Source of the DNA: Eledone cirrhosa
Taxonomy: Eukaryota
NCBI GenBank assembly: GCA_964016885.1
Contig: OZ024753.1
Span: forward strand, 37,200,001-37,264,000
Length of the DNA stretch: 64,000 nucleotides
Direction: 5' to 3'
This document shows, piece after piece, positions 42,328-57,010 of this stretch. Position 1 is the first letter of the stretch; each line of letters begins with the position of its first letter. Position numbers and translations under genes: made by a program. The notes beneath the pieces were generated by a model, which worked only from the letters and a program-made list of their open reading frames with translations, was not told the origin of the DNA and did no database searches.

Positions 42328-42333
<6 letters not shown>
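40978..42333. repeat. ~1.35-kb near-perfect inverted duplication
   Basis: 40978-41612 is the reverse complement of 41756-42333 apart from repeat-length differences. Identical ORF translations occur on opposite strands. Confidence 0.95.
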
Positions 42334-42393
<60 letters not shown>

Positions 42394-43428
42394 ATGTAAG
42401 TATCATGTATGTATGTATGTATGAATATATGTATGTGTGTATGTAAGTATCATGTATGTATGTATGTATGAATATATGTATCTGTGTATACATGTGTTTA
42501 TATATCTATGTTTGTATGTATTTTTTACGCATGATGTTATTTTTCAAATTTCTTACCAACAGAGAATCAGCTAAAGATATTTCATTGGAATTTAGATAAC
42601 ATCAAATGTATGTTTGTATGTAATATGTATGTATGTATGTATATATATATATATATATATATATACATACATCCCAATATACATATATATGTGCACATTT
42701 AAATATGCATACATACACACAGATACATATATACATACCTACATCATAGACACATACCTGCATATACATATACATATATATGTATATATATATATATATA
42801 TATATGTATATGTATATGTGTGTATGTATGCATATTTAAATGTGCGCATATATATGTATATTGGGATGTATGTATGCATGTATGCTTTTGACTTATACAT
42901 GTATACATATACTTATGTTGACATATCTTCACATGTGTGTATATGTCTACACGTGTATATATGTCTACACATGTGTATATATGCACTTAATACATGCTAA
43001 ACCTCTTGCATGTTTTCCATATTTTCACAACGCCATTAATAGCATGTAGCTATAATTTCCTCGTTATCCATGTCCTTTCAGATATTTCTGAAGCCAAACC
43101 TCACAAGATTGGTGCAGAGCCAGTTACATATCTCAGTAACCAGTAATTTATAAACGTAGTTATTTATGTAATTACGATTTTCTTTATTGTTTTCCTGTTA
43201 AACATTTAAAACCTTTGTATATATTTGAGGCTGGTTTCTATCATTGAAATGAAGCATCGTCTCTTGAATTTGACTAATGAAAGTGATGTATTATATGTTG
43301 AAAATTTGAAAAGTCTTACATATTTTTACAGTTCTGCTTATAAGTTATATCTGCTGGTTAATTTCTTTTCCTGAAGACCCTAGCGATTTGAGAATGTCAT
43401 TTAGATGTTTATTAATATAGCTAATATA

Positions 43429-43614
43429 GGCGGTGGATTGGCAGTATTGGTAGAGTGTCGGATACCATGCTTTGGCGCATAGAGTTACGGCTCTTGCCAT
43501 TCTGAGTTCAAATCCCGCCGCGGTTAACTTTGCCTTTCATCCTTACGGGGTCGATAAAATAAAGTACCAGTAATACACTGGGTAATTGCTGGCCTTGTGC
43601 CTAACGTAGAAACA
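43429..43614 (+). mobile_element. Meta-like SINE with 14-bp TSD
   Basis: attaatatagctaa at 43411-43424 and 43615-43628. Confidence 0.92.
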
Positions 43615-43679
43615 ATTAATATAGCTAAGTCCACCGATAATTATTGGGGTGAATGTGAGTTTATGATCTGTGGTGAGAA

Positions 43680-43816
43680 ACAACCCACTTTGACACTGTT
43701 GGTAAATCTGGAACGTCATCCCCTAATATAGTAGCCATGTCAGCATGAATGTGCTTGAGGGCTAAACTCTTTTTCTGGAGGTATTTGATAACATCACGAT
43801 GCCAAACTTTGTCCAT
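43680..43816 (-). pseudogene. mariner transposase N-terminal HTH fragment
   Basis: MDKVWHRDVIKYLQKKSLALKHIHADMATILGDDVPDLPTVSKWV. Confidence 0.8.
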
Positions 43817-44954
43817 TTTCAAGAGAAGTCGCTACTAGTTACTTTTGCAGTCTTCTTTGACAAGTCAGATGTCAGTTTATGTGGAAAGAAACAATAAGAG
43901 TTGAAATTAATACATTCAAGATTTCACAGCTTCTTCATAGTCAGCTTTTGACCTTTTCAGCCCACCCTCTGTATTTCTCACTGATTTTAGAAGAAATGTT
44001 TATATCCACAGAGCAGCTGGGCTCTATGACTGTACATAACTTTTCCTTTCTGTCAAAAACAGCTATCTTAGGTCTGTTAAGTTTGATGAGAATGTCTCGT
44101 ATCATTGGGGTAGCGTTGTCTCAGCTTACTTTTGGATTGTAATAAATGGTTTCTGTTCAATTTAGATTCGACTGATGAATTCCATCATTTATCCATTACA
44201 AATGTTATGATTATAAAACAGCTAAATTTTTTCTGCTGGCGAATCTATTTCGTAGCTTCCATATATTGGAAGATCTTGTGTTGATATGTATATATTCAAT
44301 AACAGGGATATTTTTACATTTAACACATGGCAGTTTTTTTTCTCCTACAGATGACATTGTATATATTTTTTGGCAATAACATCATGCCATATTAGGGGTT
44401 GGGTTGGGTTTGGTGAGATATGGTAGGGGTTTGTGATTTGATGATATTTGGGGAGGCAGCTGTTGATCAGATGTGAAATATGTTCAAAAGAAATTTGACA
44501 TAATCCACATTTTTACTAGCATTTTTTTTTTTTTTTAGCTTAATCACTTCATTGCCAGGGCATAAACCATTACCAGGACTTAACCAACCGCTTCCTATTC
44601 GTACTGATCACCGTGGAGACCTTCAGCGTCTTCCTTGGTCCCTGGACCGCCACAAAGGAGCAGAAGACATCCAAATACTGGGACTTGATCGATCATTTCT
44701 TTTTTGTGTCAGTCTCTGTCATGTCCTTCAGTATCCACGGTCCCTGGACAAATGTTTGTTCTCCTCAAAATTAAAGGAGTACTTCCTGCCTCAGAAAAGA
44801 CGTTTTCCTATTTATTGTTTTAATTTTTTCTTTATGGAAAATATAAATTATTCTAAGTAAAATATTATTTTCAACTTCAGATCAACCAATAATTTCATTT
44901 CACACAATGTTGTTAATTTCAACCAAACACTTATCAAAAGCTATCATTATTTCT

Positions 44955-45203
44955 TGGCGGTATTTGAACTCAGTCTGTACAGAGTTACATCCCTTTACGG
45001 ACTTAGTTCAAATACCGTCGAGGTTTACTTTGCCTTTCATCTTCACGGGGTCGATAAAATAAAGTACCAGTAATGTACTGGGTAATTGCTGGCCTTGTGC
45101 CAAAAGTAGAAACAATTATTTCTTAAACACTGATGTGCAGCTTTCTGAAATTGTTTGTGTTGTATGTGTGTGAGACAGAGAGAGAGAGAGGGGCAGGAGG
45201 GAG

Positions 45204-45243
<40 letters not shown>

Positions 45244-46520
45244 GGAATCTATGTCTGTATGTGTGAGTCTATATGTATATATGTGTCTGTTAGTCGATGT
45301 GTTATATGTATGTCTACATGTATATGTGTGTGAACCTATGTGTATATGTGTGTATATGTATGTCTATTCGAGTCCATGTGTATAAGTGTGAGACTATATG
45401 CGTATAAGTGTGTCTATGTGAGTACATGTGTATGTATATGCATGAGACTATGTGTATATATATAAGTCTATGTATATATGTATGTCTGTGTATATGTGTG
45501 CCTATGTTTACGCATTTCCTTTCAAATGAATTCACAACAATGGTTGAATCTTACATAGTCTACTCCCCTGTTTTAAAATGGCGGCTGCATTCTTCTTTTC
45601 ACTCCTTTTCTTTTTATTTCTATCTCTATTATTCCCTTTCTTTACGCCATCAAATTACACCAATTGCGTACTTTAGAGAGCTATTATCAACATATGTATT
45701 ACTTACCCCTCTTACTCTCACCTTGATAACTATACAAATATATAGTTAACTGTTTACATACAAACAGTAAATACAGCTTAACAACTTATCAACGGATTTT
45801 CAACTGCTTACTTGTAAAAAGGGGAGAGAAGGGGCCGTGCAACTGAAATTGTTGTTATTGTTGATGATGTGGATCATGATGATGATGAGGATGATGATGA
45901 TGAAGATAATGATAATAATAATTGTTTCTACTTTAAGCACAAGGCCAGCAATCTTGGGGGAGGGGAAAGTCGATTAAATCGCCCCCTGTGCATTACTGGT
46001 ATTTTATCTTATCGACCCCGTAAGGATGAAAGCGAGAGCTAACCTCGGCGGGATTTGAACTCAGACTGTCAAGGGTCGTAACTCTATGCTGCAAAGCATG
46101 ATGTCTGACAACAATGATTTCTAGTTTAGGCACAAGGCCAGTAATTTGGAGGGAGGGGAAAGTCGATTAAATCGACCCCAGTGCATTACTGGTGCTTTAT
46201 TTTATCGACCCTGTAAGGATGAAAGGCAAAGTTAACCTTGGCAGGATTTGAACTTGGACTGTCAAGGGTCATAACTCTATGTTGCAAAGCATGGTGTCTG
46301 ACAATAATAGTAGTAATAATTGCTTCTACTTTTGGCACAAGGCCAGCAATTACCCAGTGTATTACTGGTACTTTATTTTATCGACCCCGGAAGGATGAAA
46401 GGCAAATCTAATCTGTCTGATGCTCTACCGATATTGCCAATCCACCTCCCTTAATAATAATAGTAATAATTGTTTCTACTTTAGGCACAAGGCCAGCAAT
46501 TACTCAGTGCATTACTGGTA
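44955..46520. mobile_element. SINE cluster (plus copy 44955-45118; about four stacked minus copies 45920-46520)
   Basis: Repeated tail gtagaaacaatt and Meta-like core. Confidence 0.85.
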
Positions 46521-46976
46521 CTTTATACTGGTACTAATAATAATAGTAATAATGATAGTAATTATAAAGAGGTCACCGTGTATTTTTACAAAAAGCAGAT
46601 ACAAATCATTACAAAGACCTTCAAACAAATTTTACTGCAAGTATGTCGTGTTTGTTTAACGATTAAATAGGAAAGAAAAATGGTCGATTTTTTTTTCAAT
46701 GTTCTTTAAATATTTTTCTGCGTAGGTTGTGACAGCCAGTTTATATATCTTACTTGTCGTGTCATCTTCATATTCAGACTGAATAAGAGGGAAATAAAAT
46801 TAAATATAAGAATAAATAAGTTAAGTGTCTATTTTTACTAAGGAGTCTTAACTGCACTTAGCCCGCGGGCCTACTGGGTGAATTTAACAGATGTTATTGT
46901 CAGTAATATGAAACGATCTAATTAAAAGACGTGACGTGACATTACTTAATAATATAATGTTTTGTAATTATTCGAG

Positions 46977-47053
<77 letters not shown>

Positions 47054-47138
47054 CTGAATGAGTTGGGGTTTACGATTCATAACTGATTGTACATACGTCG
47101 TCCCATGGAGTGAGTACTATAAACTCTTGGATATATAG

Positions 47139-47174
<36 letters not shown>

Positions 47175-47595
47175 GAGGGTGTATATATATACACACATAT
47201 ATATATATATAAGTATGTATCTGTGTGTTTCTATGGGTGTGTGTATGAATTCGTATGCATATGTGTATGTGAGTGCGTGTGCATGTGTGTTAAATGTTGG
47301 TGATCAGCCATGTAGCTGAAAATCCATTAAACAACAAATGTTTTTCATTCTCTGCGGCTTGTTTGTTTTTCTAAAGACTTTAGACTACATCGTTTAAGGC
47401 AACTGAAGCTCAACCAAGAGGTTCCAAGTTATTCATCAGTCAACACTAATGAAAAGCCAAGGCTAACAAACATTGTGGCTACTTAAGCACAAATGACCAT
47501 GAAAGCCAGTCAGCTTAGATGTAGACATGACATGTTTCATCCCGTACATATATCACACTTGTACGTCCACACGTCTACACAGATACAAGTGCGTG

Positions 47596-47665
<70 letters not shown>

Positions 47666-47698
47666 ATACGTATATATATATATATATATATGTAATAC

Positions 47699-47753
<55 letters not shown>

Positions 47754-47757
47754 ATAC

Positions 47758-47807
<50 letters not shown>

Positions 47808-47926
47808 GTAATACGTATATATATATATATATATACTTACGCACACACGAATATATATATATGTCTATGCAGACCCTCTTCATATATATATATATGCACA
47901 CGATTATCTATGTATATACAGACCTT

Positions 47927-47975
<49 letters not shown>

Positions 47976-47995
47976 CACACACAAATATAAATGTA

Positions 47996-48054
<59 letters not shown>

Positions 48055-48414
48055 ATGTGTGTGTTTAATTTATTTCTCTGTTATCTTTACCTATCATTCA
48101 ACGATGGTCCTCACACTTATCTCCTGGGTCGATGCACAAAACTGTCATCAATAGAATCTCTGAGTTGATGATTGATGGAACCAGATCCCACATTGGCAGG
48201 TACAGGACGACACCTAAATGGAGATGTGATCTTCAAAACAGCTGATTCTCTCTTTCTTCACTTGTCTCCTCTGTTCCGGTACATCAGCACTCTTGAACTC
48301 ACATAACTTAGAAAGTTGAACTAGTGAAGTAGTCTGTTGTTTTTGTTGTTTAAGCACACGTCAGTTTTGATCGATCAAACCTAGCATCAAATACCTCCAA
48401 GACACGATCATTCG

Positions 48415-50730
48415 TTATTATTTTTACCAGTAATCCAAGGCGGTGGATTGGCAGTATCGGTAGAGGGTCGGACTCCATGTTTTCCAGTATAGTTACGTCC
48501 CTTTACGATCTGAGTTCAAATCCCGCCGAGGTTGACTTTGCCTTTCATCCTTACGGGGTAGATAAAATAAAGTACCAGTAATGCACTGGGTAATTGCTGG
48601 CCTTGTGCCTAAAGTAGAAACAATTATTTTTACCAGTAATCCAAGGCGGTGGATTGGCAGTATCGGTAGAGGGTCGGACGCCATGCTTTGAAGCATAGAG
48701 TTACGTCCCTTTAAGATCTGAGTTCAAATCCCGCCGAGGTTGACTTTGCCTTTCATCCTTACGGGGTAGATAAAATAAAGTACCAGTAATGCACTGGGTA
48801 ATTGCTGGCCTTGTGCCTAAAGTAGAAACAATTATTTTTACCAGTAATCCAAGGCGGTGGATTGGCAGTATCGGTAGAGGGTCGGACTCCATGTTTTCCA
48901 GTATAGTTACGTCCCTTTAAGATCTGAGTTCAAATCCCGCCGAGGTTGACTTTGCCTTTCATCCTTACGGGGTAGATAAAATAAAGTACCAGTAATGCAC
49001 TGGGTAATTGCTGGCCTTGTGCCTAAAGTAGAAACAATTATTTTTACCAGTAATCCAAGGCGGTGGATTGGCAGTATCGGTAGAGGGTCGGACTCCATGT
49101 TTTCCAGTATAGTTACGTCCCTTTAAGATCTGAGTTCAAATCCCGCCGAGGTTGACTTTGCCTTTCATCTTTACGGGGTAGATAAAATAAAGTACCAGTA
49201 ATGCACTGGGTAATTGCTGGCCTTGTGCCTAAAGTAGAAACAATTATTTTTACCAGTAATCCAAGGCGGTGGATTGGCAGTATCGGTAGAGGGTCGGACG
49301 CCATGTTTTCCAGTATAGTTACGTCCCTTTACGATCTGAGTTCAAATCCCGCCGAGGTTGACTTTGTCTTTCATCCTTACGGGGTAGATAAAATAAAGTA
49401 CCAGTAATGCACTGGGTAATTGCTGGCCTTGTGCCTAAAGTAGAAACAATTATTTTTACCAGTAATCCAAGGCGGTGGATTGGCAGTATCGGTAGAGGGT
49501 CGGACGCCATGCTTTGAAGCATAGAGTTACCTCCCTGTATGATCTGAGTTCAAATCCCGCCGAGGTTGACTTTGCCTTTCATCCTTACGGGGTAGATAAA
49601 ATAAAGTACCAGTAATGCACTGGGTAATTGATGGCCTTGTGCCTAAAGTAGAAACAATTATTTTTACCAGTAATCCAAGGCGGTGGATTGGCAGTATCGG
49701 TAGAGGGTCGGACGCCATGCTTTGAAGCATAGAGTTACCTCCCTGTATGATCTGAGTTCAAATCCCGCCGAGGTTGACTTTGCCTTTCATCCTTACGGGG
49801 TAGATAAAATAAAGTACCAGTAATGCACTGGGTAATTGCTGGCCTTGTGCCTAAAGTAGAAACAATTATTTTTACCAGTAATCCAAGGCGGTGGATTGGC
49901 AGTATCGGTAGAGGGTCGGACGCTATGCTTTGAAGCATAGAGTTACCTCCCTGTATGATCTGAGTTCAAATCCCGCCGAGGTTGACTTTGCCTTTCATCC
50001 TTACGGGGTCGATACAATAAAGTACCAGTAATGCACTGGGTAATTGATGGCCTTGTGCCAAAAGTAGAAACAATTATTTTTACCAGTAATAGGGCGGTGG
50101 ATTGGCAGTATCGGTAGAGGGTCAGACAAAATGAATTTAAGCATAAAGTTACGGCCCTTGACGTCCTGAATTCAAATCCTGTCGATAGAATAAAGTACCA
50201 GTAATGTACTGGGTTTGATTTAATCGACTTTCCCCTCCGCTTCAAAATGCTGGCCTTGTGCCAAAAGTAGAAACAATTATTATCATTATTATTTTTGGTG
50301 GATTGGCAGTATCGGTAGAGAGTCGGTCACCATGCTTTGCATGTTACGGCCCTTTACGGTCTGAGTTCAAATCCAGTCAAGGTTAACTTCGCGTTTCATC
50401 CTTACGGGGTCGATAAAATAAAGCACCAGTAACGTACTGGGGTCCATTTAATCGACTTTCCCCTCCCTCCAAATTACTGGCTTTGTGCTTATACTAGAAA
50501 TCATTATTTTTACCAGTAATGGTAAAGGGTGGTGGATTGGCAGTGTCGGTAGAGGGTCGGACGCCATGCTTTCCAGCATAGTTACGTCCCTTTACGATCT
50601 GAGTTCAAATCCCGCCGAGGTTGACTTTGCCTTTCATCCTTACGGGGTCGATAAAATAAAGTACCAGTAATGCACTGGGTAATTGCTGGCCTTGTGCCTA
50701 AAGTAGAAACAATTATTTTTACCAGTAATG
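48415..50730 (+). repeat. Head-to-tail array of 11 SINE copies (8 near-identical 206/208-bp units plus 3 divergent)
   Basis: Unit starts at 48439, 48645, 48853, 49059, 49265, 49471, 49679, 49887, 50093, 50297 and 50528. Linker ttatttttaccagtaat. Confidence 0.97.
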
Positions 50731-51026
50731 GGAGCTCACTGCGTATTTAGGATTACCGTTGCCAAACTTTCCTTCCTTTTTAAGCCACTACAGTGATTAG
50801 GTTGTCATTTCTAGAACGACCAACGACTGCACCAAGAAATACTTGTTCGCTCTTGTGTTTATATCTGTGTATTTATTTTTATATATATATATATATATAT
50901 GTATTTATATATGCATATATATATGTATATATATATATACATATATATGTATATATATATATACATATATATATATATAAATATATGTATATATATATAT
51001 ACATATATATGTATATATATATATAC

Positions 51027-51059
<33 letters not shown>

Positions 51060-51461
51060 CATACACATATATATATGTATATATATGTATATATTTTTAT
51101 ATATGTATATATATATGTATATATATGTATATATTTTTATATATGTATATATATATGTATATATATGTATATATTTTTATATATGTATATATATATGTAT
51201 ATATATGTATATATTTTTATATATGTATATATATATCTATGTATATATATATGTATATATATATATGTATATATATGTATATATTTTTATATATATATAT
51301 ATATATATAGCGAGAGAGATAAAACATTAATAGAACCATTTAATCCCCCCCCCCCCACGCCAATCTTCTTACATAAATGTCTGCAAAGGATTCAAAGATT
51401 ACTGAAGCTAATACAGATACTTTTACAAGACATATATTGTCTATTTCATACCTTCTTTCTC

Positions 51462-51513
<52 letters not shown>

Positions 51514-51783
51514 TCACCCTCTCCCTCTCTCGAAACACAATGGTTTAATTCATTTGCTGAAGTATTCATTTCGCAATTTACTCGTCAGATCCGTCAGCGT
51601 TTTGTGTCTAATCTTGTTGTTGTTGTTGTTGTTGTTCTATTACGGTTTATTTCTTTTTAATGTAATCTATAGGAAACAGACTGGTATTTTTGCCAGCGTG
51701 TTACAGCCTACCTGTAAACCTGTAGCGTATGATTGATTACAACGTAAAAAATGTACACACACACACACAGACATACACACAGA

Positions 51784-51867
<84 letters not shown>

Positions 51868-52729
51868 ATATAAGCAAGTATTGCACTAAGAAAATTATAG
51901 ACTTCGGTGAGAAAAGAGATTAGGAATTTATTGGCTTTAACATATGTTTCTGTGTTCATTTTAATAGTCAACATATGATGACTACAATATATATTGTTCA
52001 ATCATATGCAATACTTAATTATTTATGTATGTATAGAGTCAGACCTACAAGGAAAGAGTGAGACTATATATGTACTATCTTGCTTTCTCCCAGAGACACA
52101 CATATGTACATAGTTAAAAAAAAACTATAATGAAAGAAAAATATGAAGAAAATAGTAAAATTCTTACTCTAGTATATCTGTAATTTTATGAGCTATCAAT
52201 CACCTTCGCTTCAAATATATTTATAGACGAACACATGTTATAAAAATGTGTTGTATCATATTCGTACTGGAATAATCCATTAGGTGATTAAGAAAGTGTC
52301 TGATATGGAGTAGATATTATAATTCCAGCAGTTATTTATTAATTTATTCTCACAAAGAAATACATTAACATGTCGCGAGAATGTTTTGATGTGAAATATA
52401 TAGCATATCAGTCAATTCTTCTTTATCCTAATAATGTTAATGATTCCAATATCTTTAAATGGTAGAAATTCCGTAATTATTAATATATGTTTTGCAATTA
52501 TATATATGTGGGAAATGTTTGCTGTTAAAAGTATGTACATATGTACAAGAGTAAAATAAAAAAATTTCCTAACATTTAAAGTATATTGGATATCCCAAAC
52601 AGGCCGTTCAGTGTATCACTATCTTTAAGAGTTAGATCACGTGAAACACATCGTCAAATAACTACCAACGTCACCTTTAAAGACCACAAATATATGTGGT
52701 AGGAAATTTTGACTAAGTAAAATAAACTA

Positions 52730-52767
<38 letters not shown>

Positions 52768-52804
52768 AAAGTTCTATTTAAATTGTTGGGATACAACAAG
52801 CAAA

Positions 52805-52877
<73 letters not shown>

Positions 52878-52920
52878 GTATATATATATATATATGTATG
52901 TATATATATATATATGTATG

Positions 52921-52973
<53 letters not shown>

Positions 52974-53113
52974 GTGTATTTATGTATATATATATATATA
53001 TGTGTATGTATATATGTATATATATATATATATGTATGTATATATGTATATATATATATATATGTATGTATATATGTATATATATATATATGTGTGTATA
53101 TATGTATATATAT

Positions 53114-53764
53114 ATAACTTTATAACTTTGAAATGTTTTGGCCAGTATTGGCCCAGGCCATGTCTAACTTAATAGCACCACCTGGCGAAGTCTTTCAATT
53201 CAGGATGTGGGCACCATGGCCCATTCGAGAAGAGAATTACTGTTTGCGGAGACATATCCGGGTGTGGGTGGTTTGTCCGGGATTACTTGGAGGAATTTGT
53301 CCAAAGACTTCTTGAATTTTGTGTGGTCAGTTTCTGTTTTGACGTGTCCTGGTGTGATGTTGAAGAGAGCAGGGCCGATTGAGGTGAAATAATTGTGCCG
53401 TATTGTTGTTATGAGTTGCGATTTAGATTTTTGAATGGGACGGATAGCACGGGGCCCAAGCCTTGGGTGTATCTTGAAGGCGATGCCAACATCATTTGGG
53501 CAGTGATGATGGAACATTTTCCACATCATGCAGATAATATAACGCTCACGGCGACGTTGGAGTGAGTAAAGTTTCAGGTTTTCTAGTCGACCCCAGTAGT
53601 CAAGGTCTGACATGCCATCTATCTTTTTCGTGATTGCCCTTTGAGGAGCTTCAAGTTTCATGATACTTTGTTTCGTGTGTGGAGACCACAGTGGACAACA
53701 GTATTCAAGGTGTGGTCGGGCAAAAGTAGAGAAGAGAAGGATAATGGTGTGGGAATCTCTCGAT
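53114..53764 (-). mobile_element. 5'-truncated CR1-group LINE in (TA)n
   Basis: [14 protein letters not shown]...[34 protein letters not shown]...FKKSLDKFL..IPD.P; stop at 53200; short 3' UTR with aagttat repeat tail. Confidence 0.9.
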
Positions 53765-53788
53765 TATGTGTATATATATGTATATATA

Positions 53789-53965
<177 letters not shown>

Positions 53966-54004
53966 GTAAATATATATATATATATATATATATGTGTATA
54001 TGTG

Positions 54005-54071
<67 letters not shown>

Positions 54072-54078
54072 ATATGTG

Positions 54079-54127
<49 letters not shown>

Positions 54128-54150
54128 GTATATATGTATATATATATATG

Positions 54151-54199
<49 letters not shown>

Positions 54200-54308
54200 A
54201 TATATATATATATATGTGTATGTATATATATATGTATATATATATATATGTGTGTGTATATATATATGCGTGTGTATATATATATATATGTATATATATA
54301 TGTGTATA

Positions 54309-54365
<57 letters not shown>

Positions 54366-54540
54366 TGGTTTTTGTGTAATAATGATGAGGATGATGATGC
54401 AGTGCTGGTTGTTGTGGTGATAATGACGTTGATGATGATGAATATGATGATGATGATGATTTATAAATGTTTGAATGTGTTGAACAAAGAAAATGCAAAA
54501 TAATACGAGAGCAGATGTAACAAATGGCGGCTTTGGTGGC

Positions 54541-55470
54541 AACAACTACAATAGTAACAACAACAACAATAATAACAGCAACAACAACAAAAATAACAGT
54601 AACGACAACAACAATAATAACAACAATAACAACAACAACAACAGTAACAATAACAGCAACAACAACAATAATAACAGCAACAACAGTAACAACAACAATA
54701 ACAGCAACAACAACAATAATAACAACAATAACAACAACAATAATAACAGCAACAACAGCAACAACAACAACAATAATAACAGCAACAACAGCAACAACAA
54801 CAACAATAACAACAGCAACAACAGCAACAACAACAGTAACAATAACAGCAACAACAACAATAATAACAGCAACAACAGTAACAACAACAATAACAGTAAC
54901 AACAACAATAACAGCAACAACAACAATAATAACAACAACGATAATAATAACAGCAACAACAACAATAACAACAGCAACAAAAACAACAGCAGCAGCAACA
55001 ACAGTAACAACAACAATAATAACAACAACAATAACAACAGCAACAACAACAATAACAACAGCAACAATAATAATAACAGCAACAACAACAATAACAACAG
55101 CAACAACAACAACAACCATAATAACAGTAACAACAACAATGATAACAGCAACAACAACAACAATAACAACAACAACAACAACAATAACAGCAACAACAAC
55201 AACAATAACAGCAACAACAACAACAATAATAACAGCAACAACAACAACAACAATAACAGCAACAACAACAACAATAACAGCAACAACAACAACAATAATA
55301 ACAGCCACAACAACAATAACAGCAACAACAATAATAACAGCAACAATAACAACAATAACAACAGCAACAACAACAATAATAACAGCAGCAACAACAGTAA
55401 CAACAACAATAATAACAACAACAACAATAATAACAGCAACAACAACAACAATAACAACAGTAATAACAAT
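54541..55470. repeat. ~930-bp compound (AAC/AAT/AGC/AGT)n trinucleotide repeat
   Basis: Direct reading. Confidence 0.97.
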
Positions 55471-55599
55471 ATGGAAGAAAGGATGTGGAGCAAGTAATAA
55501 AGATATAAATGAAAAAAGGGGTCAGTATATGAAGTGGGGGATTGTGGGAAAGGTGGTTGGTAGGGGACTAAAGTGTGAAGGGGAGGAGAAGGAGAAGGG

Positions 55600-56258
55600 A
55601 GTAGTAGTGGTGGTTGTGGTGGTGGTGGTAATGGTGGTGGTGGCGGTGGTGGTAATGGTAGTGGTGGTGGTGATAGTGGTGGTGGTGGTGGTGATGATAG
55701 TGGTGGTGGTGGTGGCGGTGGTGATAGTGGTGGTGGTGGTGGTGGTAATTTGGTAGTATTAGTAGTGGTGTTGAAGGTTATGGTGGTAATAATGGCGGCA
55801 GCAGAAGCAGAAGCAGCAGCAACAGTAGTAGTAGTACTAGTAGTAGTAGTAGTAGTAGTGATGGTATTGTTGGTGATAATGGTGTGGTAGTGGTGTTATG
55901 GTGTTAATAATGGAGGCAGCGGCTATAGTAGTAGTAGTAGTAGTAGTAGGAGTAGTAGGGTGGAGGAAGGGTAGATGGGGTTACGTAATGGACGCTGAAT
56001 GAGAAGAAACGAGGGAGGGGAGGGAGAGGTGGTCAAAGAATGGAGGATGTGGGGGGGGGGGGGTCAGGTTAAAAGTGCTGAGAAGGAAACGAGGGATTGA
56101 TTGAGGGATAGGGAGAGGAGGACAGAGAGAGAAAGGAGGAAAGAAAGAAAGAAAATAAGGAAGGAAGGAAAGGAAGAAAGAAAGAAAGCTAGAAAAGAAT
56201 GGAAGAAAAAGAAAGAAGGAATTCTCGCAGGGTTTAAGGAGATATTGGTGAGAGAGAC

Positions 56259-56311
<53 letters not shown>

Positions 56312-56438
56312 AAGTAGAGAGCAGTGAGGGGGGAGGTGCCAATAATATTGAAGAAATAGTGTAAAGGAAGAGAAAGTGGGAGAGAGATGGGGGATGGTGG
56401 AAGGGAGTAAAGACTGGACAGAGAGAGAGAAAAAGTGG

Positions 56439-56470
<32 letters not shown>

Positions 56471-57010
56471 AAGTAGGAGAGAGAGAGAGAGAAAGGAAGA
56501 CAGGAAAGAGAATAAAATGAGACCAGAGAGAGGGAATGAACATGGTGTCACAGATATTGAAGGAGAGAGAGAGAGAGAGAGAGTGAGAGAGAGAGATGAG
56601 TAGAGACTGGACGGAGTGAGGGGTAGGACAGAGAGATAGGATATATATATATATAGAGAGAGAGAGTCATGAGTGAAGAGAGAGAGGCAGAAGTGTGTGT
56701 GAGAGAGAGAGAGAAAGATAGAAAGATGAGTAGAGACTGGACGAAGAGAGGGATTATGGCGAGGAGCAGGAGTGAAGACAAAGCGATAGGATAGAGAGAG
56801 AGTCATGAGTAAAGAGAGAGAGAGTGAGAGAGAGAGATAGAAGTGTGTGTGAGAGAGAGAGTGGGAGAGCGAGTGAAAAAAGTTTAGAGAGGGAGACTGG
56901 ACAGAGAAAGAGATTAGAGCAAGGAGCATGAGTAAGGACATAAAACAAGAGAGAGAAAGAGATAGAATGAGAACAGAGAGAGAGAGGTGGGATAGAGAGA
57001 TAGTGAGAGG
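55600..57010. repeat. (GGT/AGT)n tract followed by purine-rich (GA)n low-complexity tract
   Basis: Direct reading, with internal ~100-bp duplications (gatgagtagagactggacg). Confidence 0.9.

Larger units (their letters stand above)
43290..44520 (-). pseudogene. Degenerate R4/Dong-like LINE 3' region with nested mariner fragment and SINE
   Basis: KCGLCQISFEHISHLINSC (~44450-44512); WHDVIAK; LNRPKIAVFDRKEKLCTVIEPSCSVDINISSKISEK (~43975-44085); TVKICKTFQ (~43305-43335). Confidence 0.78.

Noticed and set aside
48439-50730. tRNA gene cluster or tandem 63-67 aa peptide genes
   Set aside because: There is no cloverleaf (long insert between the A and B boxes, SINE body and tail). The ORFs are antisense SINE readings.
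51950-52700. Degenerate receptor-like pseudogene
   Set aside because: Many stops and no convincing motif.
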